DNA of 64,000 nucleotides from a virus: IMG/VR virus record IMGVR_UViG_3300046318_000491, positions 64,001 to 128,000 of that record; one strand, 5' to 3'. Shown piece by piece: positions 57,401 to 64,000 of this stretch (position 1 is its first letter; each line of letters starts with the position of its first letter). The notes under the pieces were generated by a model. It saw only the letters and a program-made list of their open reading frames with translations, ran no database searches and was not told where the DNA came from. The position numbers and the translations under genes were made by a program.

Positions 57401-57779
57401 CTAGGCGCTCGGTTGCGCTGGTAGCAGTCTTTTTAGTAATGCCCTGCTTCTTAAGAACTGAATCGGGAATAGAAGCGTCGAACTGCTCTGCATTGCGAGA
57501 GGTTACGTCGTAGATGTAGTAATTGCCGTCTGCTTCTTTTACAAGCTGGCGTGCATAACCTGCACGCTCTGAAGCACCGATGTAGACACCGCGCTGGTCT
57601 TGGACACTGCCGTCTGACATGCGGACCTTGGCTAGAAGGCCTCGACCCATCTCCATCCACTGGCCCTTGCCATCGCGGAGCTGGATTCGCCAAAAGCCCT
57701 TGTTAGCACCATCGTTGAATCCGAGAGCTGTCGCTGCTGCGATAACGGCCTTTGACTTGAACTTGTCTAGATAAGACAT
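54426..57779 (-). CDS. Large head-region (minor head / internal) protein with SH3-like repeats
   Basis: Between portal and protease; GAAGGA RBS; QLRDGKGQW motif; several ..GD.[IVL] beta repeats; Pro/Ala linkers. Confidence 0.7.
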   Translation of the reverse strand: MSYLDKFKSKAVIAAATALGFNDGANKGFWRIQLRDGKGQWMEMGRGLLAKVRMSDGSVQDQRGVYIGASERAGYARQLVKEADGNYYIYDVTSRNAEQFDASIPDSVLKKQGITKKTATSATERLDSDIQDIADMNRRPATESDIKLATDAPTDDQKATIQSERDKSPLAKLAPGAEGLMPQDEVAKLIGHDLGDAAAPGAAYDARKAANDKAIDEAPVGTTVKLKDRVNTDGKGGAEITATKTGPDTWRRDSAGGKEVPASNIKDLADGDMDVLPAESATTPDAAPVSSVDDIVKDIMGDVAYGDEVPSLDDLLNKVNAAQAPAGSGWDFNIQPLQQEYKFGLDLKKGDYIIDPKTLDTLKLDGDADWNSDQTAINIPAVDDKGNRRDLEISNDDEVKAITDYQDVAPAKPTANKAAKPADTAPAAPVPTAPGTSKFINATDVKNGDKLYSTNGIFRGDVTKVSNDAVDFNGKPATRVTFVDEDGKTRMETFSRSQQANIDRPSDNAAPAAPAAPAAQPAVPDNAPTAPSAPAAPAAKTKTPAAPKVKVAKAKSQGTKNSDGTTTKPSGTKTPKGSAIAAAKKTRADKGQYVSPGITPQDELRAKKITPLFGEDGKPLMQVKNGKSVPAEDPDAIVNGLLEEFPQAVIGSDDAIIIERSQFTDNDGKTYQYETAVERTFDNKFMERYKFKDLATGEEQTFYHYDYKDSFKGLFGEKNGLYVFRDQLLGRSTPGNPKSEELRKWFGEKSPLERRVRFFRNKSAAGRAFTPEDYTKTSFKLLTPDELVDKFLEGRPRELNLAKNSKTYGSVLKNYLQNFWEVLENDYDTDGDQVLQTLVQALGHLPDNEGSRSLLINKLKSGIKTRYSGHPQQAKFAQLPSVLEKQLMSEGFDLRDIQRRPWASRNGRTIIEQGDKVRYYNSQGEESVGTIIALNPSVAGYQDTARVRFANGTVANILATKYMDRLTGTDNEDSTPTDYIPSPKGAAMIAARGLPSLASVVDFGDVERRKSDAGSAGVSPDDDGDDADPAPAVPYLGNSGVSADDQTPAAPVVGNVASMDTGDAWYSEDGDYLGSVAEIVELDALDGGDPGLGVYYMDQNGDEHIEVVEMGANRGPK

Positions 57780-57878
57780 AAGTATCCTTCTGTTGATACT
57801 GAAAACTAAGATAAGGTTAGCGCAAGAAAACGCCTATTAAAAGTTTACAGAACGTTGAGCCATGCTATTTGCTTAGGT

Positions 57879-57916
57879 AAAAAGAAACCCACCACGGAAG
57901 AAGTGGTGGGGTCTTT
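57879..57916 (-). terminator. Intrinsic terminator after dps
   Basis: CCCACCAC-loop-GTGGTGGG followed by TTTCTTTTT. Confidence 0.85.
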
Positions 57917-57924
57917 AATTAGTT

Positions 57925-58416
57925 CTAGCGCATCCCTAGCGTGGCTTTTAGCTGCCAGGTCCACTTGCTGTAGATGTCTAGAAGCTCTGCCGCGTAGTTT
58001 GCAATCTGCTGAGCATCTAGGGCATTAGCGATATCAAATAGCTTAGATGCCTCTGATGCAAGAGTTGAGTTGACCATGAGCAGCGACCCAAGCATTGCCT
58101 TGGCGTCACCACCGTTGATTCGTTCCTCCTTGATGCAGGAGATTTCGCAGAAGTCAGTTAGTAGGTAAGGGGCATCGAATCCATTTACAAGTAGGTACTC
58201 GGCTAGCTTGTCGATAGTACCGTCAAAGCTTTCGTAGATCTCTGCAAAAAATTCGTGAAACTGAGTGAACTCCGGGCCCATGACATTCCAGTGATACCCG
58301 TGAGCCAAGAACTTGGCGGTTACGTTATCTGAAAGAAGGTGAGCTAGCTGGAACCCTAGTTCTTCTTTAGTAGGGCCTGCCATTTCGGCAGCATCTACTA
58401 CGGTCATGTTTTCCAT
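57925..58416 (-). CDS. dps: Dps / ferritin-like DNA protection protein
   Basis: HWNV.G..F.Q.HEFF.E.Y......D.LAE ferroxidase signature; K..WQL. Confidence 0.92.
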   Translation of the reverse strand: MENMTVVDAAEMAGPTKEELGFQLAHLLSDNVTAKFLAHGYHWNVMGPEFTQFHEFFAEIYESFDGTIDKLAEYLLVNGFDAPYLLTDFCEISCIKEERINGGDAKAMLGSLLMVNSTLASEASKLFDIANALDAQQIANYAAELLDIYSKWTWQLKATLGMR

Positions 58417-58417
58417 A

Positions 58418-60151
58418 TTATGCCTCTGGTTCTGCTAGGGGTGGGGCTGCGCTAGGTGCAATAGGTTCAGCTGGGGCTGCCTCGGTAGGCTGCCCGCCCT
58501 GAAGTAGCTGATCGATCTCTGGTGACATAGGAGCAACAGAATTAGCCTGCTGATTTTCCTTTACCAACTTGATAATCTCCGGTGCGACCGCAGCCAAAAG
58601 GTTCTCGGTGAACTCCGGGGTAATAGCTCCCTTACTCACAACTAGGCGCATTGCAAGTTCATTAGGAGTCGGAGCATCCTGATCCGAGAATCCGTGAGCA
58701 CGACGCCAAGTATCAAAGCTGACGGCCATCTTATCAAAACCAGCATCAGCATCTGCAGCACGGTCGTTACGAGTAGCAACGTGCGATGGGTCATACCAAA
58801 TCTGAATTCGGTTAACGTCTACATCTTCATAACCTAGCGACTTCAAGTATGGTCGCATGTAGACAACAGTCAGTGCGTCAACAATGAGTAGCATCAGAGG
58901 CTCGATGTGCGCCTTGTAGAGGGCTTCGTCGATCTGAAGAGCGTTAGAGTACTTAACGTTTGCTAGGCCCGTCACGACGTCCTTAGGGACGTCTAGACCC
59001 TGCATGATGCGCTCTAGTACACGGTCGGCACGAGAGACAAGCGAGTCGTCGAATGAACGCTCGAACTTGAACTGCTTGATCTTGTCGCCAAGTTCTGCAG
59101 GACCGCGGATGATAAGTGGAACAACGGCGCTCGCTGAGTCCTCGTCCTTAATCGGAGTGGTCATTGCATCGATGAGCTGATCTTCAAAGTCGTCAGCAGC
59201 TTCTTCGGTATTGTAGAGCTCGTTGTATTCGCCATCTTCATCGTACGGGTAGTCCGGGTCTGGAGATGCTGCCACTGATAGACCGTCTGGCAAGTAAAGA
59301 GCACCAGCGTTGAGGCGCGAACGTGCAGTTGCACGGAAGGTACGGTTTAGAAGTAGAAGCTCAGCGCAGAGATCGAGTAGGCCTCGTAGTGAAGAGTCCG
59401 CTTCCATAGAGTAGCGAGGGTGTGCCTTCCAGATACGTCCGATAAACGCGTCCTTAGGTAGGCGAAGAGCATTCTTAGAGGCAGTCATTGAAGAGCTGCC
59501 ACCAACATCACGAATAGGGTTAATAACGTACTGACCCTTCGCATCAACCTGCAGCTCGTCAACTGAGCGCATGTCCCAGGTCTCTGGCAGCCCTGAGCCG
59601 ATACGCTCTGGAATCTGAACTAGGTAGCACTCGCCAGTAACCTGTAGGTTTAGAGCTGCATCTTTAAGAAGGCCAGCCTGGCCTCCGTAAGCTGAGTCAA
59701 GACGAGCAAGCGCACGCTGAGCAGCAGATGCAATGTCTTTTTCTAAGGTCTCTGACTTGTCAATAGGAATTGGAGCTTCGGCAGGGTCATCTACAACAGC
59801 AGCGTAAAGGCGGATGCGAGATACCACAGACGCAACAAGATTGAACGCATATTTCACCTCTCCAATGGCATCGTAGTATTCCCAAGCTTCTGTCTGCCAT
59901 GAGCCAGCAGCCCCTTGACGGCGAGCCTTGAAGCGTTCGGCCTCTGTCTTGTCATCCATCTTTACCTGAACTGCAGCAGCAGTCAGAGGTCGTGCAGAAT
60001 TAAAAGGAGCAGCCTCGGCATAAACAAGACCGAAAGAATCTACAGAGATTCCAGGTGCAATAGGGGTGGCACTACGTGGAGCAGACGCTCGTAGGCCAGT
60101 CGCGCTACGGCGCTGGCCTTCGTTCTTTGGGGTACGTTTAAAAATTCCCAA
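58418..60151 (-). CDS. Portal protein
   Basis: WQ.EAW..YD..GE; SR.RLY; RIW..HPR...ADS; SRL..G.L.LP; SA.VP; GLD.P. Confidence 0.88.
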   Translation of the reverse strand: MGIFKRTPKNEGQRRSATGLRASAPRSATPIAPGISVDSFGLVYAEAAPFNSARPLTAAAVQVKMDDKTEAERFKARRQGAAGSWQTEAWEYYDAIGEVKYAFNLVASVVSRIRLYAAVVDDPAEAPIPIDKSETLEKDIASAAQRALARLDSAYGGQAGLLKDAALNLQVTGECYLVQIPERIGSGLPETWDMRSVDELQVDAKGQYVINPIRDVGGSSSMTASKNALRLPKDAFIGRIWKAHPRYSMEADSSLRGLLDLCAELLLLNRTFRATARSRLNAGALYLPDGLSVAASPDPDYPYDEDGEYNELYNTEEAADDFEDQLIDAMTTPIKDEDSASAVVPLIIRGPAELGDKIKQFKFERSFDDSLVSRADRVLERIMQGLDVPKDVVTGLANVKYSNALQIDEALYKAHIEPLMLLIVDALTVVYMRPYLKSLGYEDVDVNRIQIWYDPSHVATRNDRAADADAGFDKMAVSFDTWRRAHGFSDQDAPTPNELAMRLVVSKGAITPEFTENLLAAVAPEIIKLVKENQQANSVAPMSPEIDQLLQGGQPTEAAPAEPIAPSAAPPLAEPEA

Positions 60152-60163
60152 GGGGTCTCCCTG

Positions 60164-60463
60164 TTAGTCGAGACGTGTCGCGATAACCCCAACGATTGCT
60201 GAGATAGACAACACTAATGATACCACATACGCAAGTAGCGGGACTACTAGGAAGAGTCCTACAAGAAAAAGTGTAGCCCAAATACTCATGCACCAGTTGC
60301 AGGTGAATAGATATCCTAGTTTTGTTTCTGGTGAATATTTTTTCCAGACCTTTTCACGCAGCGGTTCTAGAATTACATCAGTGGTTAGTAGTCGAGTTAG
60401 TCGATATGAAGCCAAAACCATGATGATGTATGTAAAAAAAGTTACTTCAGTTACTGGTGTCAT
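60164..60463 (-). CDS. DUF1360-like membrane protein
   Basis: YRLTRL...D.I..PLR...L..C.WC.S.W. Confidence 0.8.
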   Translation of the reverse strand: MTPVTEVTFFTYIIMVLASYRLTRLLTTDVILEPLREKVWKKYSPETKLGYLFTCNWCMSIWATLFLVGLFLVVPLLAYVVSLVLSISAIVGVIATRLD

Positions 60464-60823
60464 CTAGTCTCTCATCGATGTGATTGTTTTGTAAGCATTC
60501 CAGCTTCGAAGGCGGGATCCGCACCCGCAGTTGGTGTCCTTTTTGAATGCTAGCATCTTTCCGGTCTCAGTCACAACGCGGTAATCGCCTTTTTTATGCA
60601 TCGGCGGTAAGAATTCAGTATATTTTTCACGAAAAATGATCTGTGCACCGTCCGGCGAGTCTTGAGCGACAACAATTAGCTCGTCTGTGACTACAACACG
60701 CGTTGTTGCGATGTAGTGAGCCCCTTCAGTGGCTGGAGCGGAGGTCAAAGACGTAACATCGTCAGTAAAATCGGCTGAAACTACCGCCAAGTGAGCTGGA
60801 AATATATCTACAAGTACTTTCAT
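60464..60823 (-). CDS. Hypothetical protein with CGCGSRL motif
   Basis: ATGA overlap with the terminase stop. Confidence 0.7.
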   Translation of the reverse strand: MKVLVDIFPAHLAVVSADFTDDVTSLTSAPATEGAHYIATTRVVVTDELIVVAQDSPDGAQIIFREKYTEFLPPMHKKGDYRVVTETGKMLAFKKDTNCGCGSRLRSWNAYKTITSMRD

Positions 60824-62235
60824 CGGACTCTGAATGTCCCGCCACGGCCAGGAGAGCCCCTTCCGGTAGTAGGAAGACCGATTTTTCGGTCTCCCATGCT
60901 CTTTGCGCGGATTTTTCCACCCGAAAAGCCCGGTGGTGGCTTAATTAGCAGTGCTGTAAGGCCATGAACAAGAGCATCAACGCGGTCAGGTGATTTACCC
61001 TCTCCAGGTACCCAAGAAATCATCTGAGACTCTAAATCAGCCAAAAATCCAACGTGGTGAACGCGATTTTGCTCGTAAGCTAGGGTAATTGGCTCTGCTC
61101 GGAGTGCTTTTCCTTGCTTGGAGTGGACTTCAAGTACTTTAATTGTAGGGTCGATGGTGTTGATCGCGTTGCGTACAAGAGCACCGCCCTGATTAACTTC
61201 TGCAACAACGGGACAACCCCACTTTCGCGCCATTTGAACAACTTTATTGGCCCAAACGTCGGGCGAACCGTGTACTGAAGCGTCTTCAAGCACCCAGGCC
61301 TGTCGCTTATATAGATCATGCTCTGCAGTAGACGCTACGACGACTATACCACACTCATCGCGAGGGTTTTCGGCAACAGATGGGTCAACACCGATACAGC
61401 GTAGAGGTGTATTTAGTGGGTAGAAGCCCTCACGTCCAGATTCGATAGATTCTTCGGTCCAGAGAGCACCTTCCATGGCCTCAAGCATTTCACCATAAAG
61501 CTCCTGACGGGCAAGAGAGGTTCCCTGGTATACGCCAAGCATCGTGTCAAGGTACGCGCCGGCCAAGTTACCAGCGTTATCCATGGTAGAACCACGAGTA
61601 ATTTTTACAATGTCACCTTTTAGCGACTCTTCAATGAGCTTATACAGAAGCGGGGTACGCTTTGGCGTGGTAGTTACAAGAATCTGTGGGTTCATACCAA
61701 GACGAGTACCAACGCGAAGGTTGTCGAACGCGGTCATGCCTGCAGCATCTGGAGTTTGACGCCAAGCTGCGATCTCATCGCCCCATGCGTGAGTAAACTG
61801 AGGACCACGGAGTGAGTCAGGTTCATCGGCGGTGAAAAGGGAAGCGGTGTTTCCATTAGGCCAAGTTAGACGACGCTTTGATGGCTCATAGAGTGGACGT
61901 TCAGATGGAGGAGTAACGTTTAGAACGCCAGACTCACCTTCAACGATAACGTCACGCACGTCTGCAGCGGTACGAGCAACGAGACCGAAGCGACGCTGAC
62001 CAGTGTTAGTGTATTTGGCTTGCTCTCTCACCCATTCGGAGGCTAAGCGAGTCTTACCAAAACCACGACCTGCAAGTACAAGCCAAACGTTCCAATCGCC
62101 AGCGGGAGCTTGCTGCTCCGGACGACCCCAGACAGACCAGTCCCAAAGTAGGACCTCGGGATCCATGCCAGCTAAAGCTTCGGCTCTTTCGTCAGGAGGA
62201 AGCTCCGAGAGCTGCTCCATAATACTTTTACCCAT
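60820..62235 (-). CDS. terL: Terminase large subunit
   Basis: AGRGFGKTR Walker A; LRGPQF..AWGDE; TTTP; RQEL.GE; GVDPS; EVNQGG; SPDRVDA. Confidence 0.96.
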   Translation of the reverse strand: MGKSIMEQLSELPPDERAEALAGMDPEVLLWDWSVWGRPEQQAPAGDWNVWLVLAGRGFGKTRLASEWVREQAKYTNTGQRRFGLVARTAADVRDVIVEGESGVLNVTPPSERPLYEPSKRRLTWPNGNTASLFTADEPDSLRGPQFTHAWGDEIAAWRQTPDAAGMTAFDNLRVGTRLGMNPQILVTTTPKRTPLLYKLIEESLKGDIVKITRGSTMDNAGNLAGAYLDTMLGVYQGTSLARQELYGEMLEAMEGALWTEESIESGREGFYPLNTPLRCIGVDPSVAENPRDECGIVVVASTAEHDLYKRQAWVLEDASVHGSPDVWANKVVQMARKWGCPVVAEVNQGGALVRNAINTIDPTIKVLEVHSKQGKALRAEPITLAYEQNRVHHVGFLADLESQMISWVPGEGKSPDRVDALVHGLTALLIKPPPGFSGGKIRAKSMGDRKIGLPTTGRGSPGRGGTFRVR

Positions 62236-62253
62236 TGTTTTATCTTACCCTAT

Positions 62254-62280
62254 AAGAAAACCCCCGCTTGCACGGGGGCT
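62254..62280 (-). terminator. Intrinsic terminator after katG
   Basis: CCCCCG-TGCAAG-CGGGGG followed by TTTTCTT. Confidence 0.8.
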
Positions 62281-62292
62281 ATCTTATTTGTT

Positions 62293-63999
62293 TTAGGAAT
62301 CAAACCGATCCGCGGTCATAACCTTGATCCACACATCGAGGAAGCTGAGAACAAAGTCCTCGTTTGCATCATCCGAAGCAAAAACTTCAGCGATTGCACG
62401 TAGAACAGAGTTCGACGCGAAGACTAGGTCAGCGCGAGTTGCTGTCCACTTACGTTCGCCATTCTTGTAGGCGTGTGAACCGTAGATACCAGGCTGTCCA
62501 GCCTTAGGTGCCCAAGCGATGTCGTTGCTTAATAGATTGCGGAAGTACGAGTTGTCTAGAACTCCAGGGGTGTCGGTTAGAACACCGTGAGTTGAGTCAC
62601 CATGGGTTACACCTAGAACTCGAAGACCGCCAACAAGAACTGTCATCTCTGTAGGAGTCAATCCTAGTAGAGCCGCCTTCTCGATTAGTAGACGTTCTGC
62701 AACATCCTCGTTACCAGGTGCCCAGTTGCGGAAACCATCCGCGATTGGACGTAGGTGCTCGAATGATTCGATATCTGTCTGTTCCTGAAGAGCGTCTCCA
62801 CGTTCAAATGAAAGCGTAAATGGCACGTGAACCGGAACTCCACCAAGCTTAGCTGCCTGACTTACTGCGTAGCTGCCAGCGTAGACAATGAGGTCTGCTA
62901 GAGAGATATCTCGAGCGCCACTTGCAACCGAGTTCAAAGTCATCTGAAGCGTGCGAAGTGTATTGAGGGTCTTCTCTAGCTTCTCTGGCTCGTTAACTTC
63001 CCAGCTACGCTGAGGCTCTAGTGCAATACGTGCACCGTTAGCTCCACCGCGCTTATCAGTGTTGCGGAAGGTTGAAGCAGATGCCCATGCAGTCTTAACT
63101 AGCTCGGGGATTGTCAACCAACCATCGTGCAGGTGGGCAGCTAGAAGGTCATCAAGAACCGCCCAAGATTCCCAGGACATGTCTGTCTCTGACAATGGAA
63201 TTGGATCCTGCCAGATTAGAACTTCTCCTGGAACTTCTGCACCGTGGTAGCGAGATATCGGTCCCATGTCACGGTGAGTCAGCTTGAACCATGCGCGTGC
63301 GAATACGTCTGAGAAGTAGTCGAAGTCCTCTAGGAACTTGCGTGAGATGCGGTCGTACTCTTCATCGCCAAAGCGTAGTGCTAGGTCGGTGGTGAGCATG
63401 CGGATCTCGACGAAGTCGTCCTTATGGGCGTGAGGAGCTAGATGGATTTCATCAGCTACCGGACGCCACTGCTTAGCCCCTGCAGGAGATTCTTCAAGCT
63501 CCCACTTATCATAGCCATAGACCATCTCTAGGTAGCTATTGTCCCACTTTGTCGGGGTTGGGGTCCAAGTAACTTCAAGTCCAGAAGAGATAGCGTCCTC
63601 TGAGTGACCCTTGCCCTGTGAGTTTGCCCAGCCGAAACCAGCCTGGTGCAAGTCTGCACCTTCTGGCTCCTTGCCAACCTGGTTCGCTGAACCTGCACCG
63701 TGAGTCTTACCGAAAGCGTGACCACCTGCAATAAGCGCCACGGTCTCTTCGTCGTTCATCGCCATGCGCTTGAAGGTCTCACGGATGTCAGCGGCAGCAG
63801 CCTTAAAGTCTGGGTTGCCGTCTGGGCCCTCTGGGTTCACATAGATAAGGCCCATCTGTACAGCTGCAAGAGGGTTCTCTAGAGTGCTAGCTTCGCGTGA
63901 CTCGTCGTAACGCTTGTTGGTTAGCCACTCGGTCTCTGAACCCCAATAAGTGTTATCTGGTTCCCAAACATCGGCACGTCCTCCGGCAAAACCGAAAGT
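62293..63999 (-). CDS. katG: Catalase-peroxidase, 5'-truncated at the window edge
   Basis: Frame is open to the edge (TFGFAGGRADVWEPD...ENPLAAVQMGLIYVNPEG); RMAMND.ET.ALI.GGH.FGK.HG; MLTTDLAL; AWFKLTHRDMGP; C-terminal TAWASA..RGGANGARI domain. Confidence 0.96.
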   Translation of the reverse strand, partial: TFGFAGGRADVWEPDNTYWGSETEWLTNKRYDESREASTLENPLAAVQMGLIYVNPEGPDGNPDFKAAAADIRETFKRMAMNDEETVALIAGGHAFGKTHGAGSANQVGKEPEGADLHQAGFGWANSQGKGHSEDAISSGLEVTWTPTPTKWDNSYLEMVYGYDKWELEESPAGAKQWRPVADEIHLAPHAHKDDFVEIRMLTTDLALRFGDEEYDRISRKFLEDFDYFSDVFARAWFKLTHRDMGPISRYHGAEVPGEVLIWQDPIPLSETDMSWESWAVLDDLLAAHLHDGWLTIPELVKTAWASASTFRNTDKRGGANGARIALEPQRSWEVNEPEKLEKTLNTLRTLQMTLNSVASGARDISLADLIVYAGSYAVSQAAKLGGVPVHVPFTLSFERGDALQEQTDIESFEHLRPIADGFRNWAPGNEDVAERLLIEKAALLGLTPTEMTVLVGGLRVLGVTHGDSTHGVLTDTPGVLDNSYFRNLLSNDIAWAPKAGQPGIYGSHAYKNGERKWTATRADLVFASNSVLRAIAEVFASDDANEDFVLSFLDVWIKVMTADRFDS

Positions 64000-64000
64000 C

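Noticed and set aside
54426-57779. A.D[LV]..GD repeats as intein/Hint domains
   Set aside because: No N-terminal Cys/Ser block or terminal His-Asn seen; units are too short
62236-62292. Prophage-host junction between terL and katG
   Set aside because: No att-like repeat or evident compositional break, only a terminator; cannot be fully excluded without flanking sequence

Overview
The whole window looks like part of the genome of a tailed (siphovirus-like) dsDNA phage of Actinobacteria. The WhiB gene and the hexamer/pentamer capsid pair resemble mycobacteriophage cluster B-type heads; a freshwater actinobacterial host is an inference. Read on the minus strand from the right end: katG (5'-truncated), terminase, DUF1360-like protein, portal, dps, a large head-region protein with an effector extension, a giant capsid-protease polyprotein, hexamer and pentamer capsid proteins, major tail protein, neck, tail chaperones, tape measure, Dit, hub and tail proteins, PolA, RuvC-like resolvase, SNF2 helicase, Cas4-like nuclease, AAA ATPase, SSB, a GT-B-like glycosyltransferase, WhiB, and a primase-helicase. 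Plus-strand blocks encode collagen/fibre proteins, a metallophosphoesterase and a GT2-TPR glycosyltransferase. The most notable signal is a complete -1 programmed frameshift cassette at 54387-54450 (SD-like GGGGG, C CCA AAA, stop codon, GC-rich hairpin). It would fuse the 1117-aa head-region protein to a 978-aa extension holding a zincin protease interrupted by a kinase-like domain, then an ADP-ribosyltransferase-like domain, followed by small acidic ORFs. Also notable are a KatG + Dps oxidative-stress pair around the packaging genes, a recurring [LIVM]-x-A-[SA]-[AG] motif at domain boundaries of head proteins, and a repeated TAAAAT(AG) promoter motif. All calls come from motif recognition by eye; no database searches were run.
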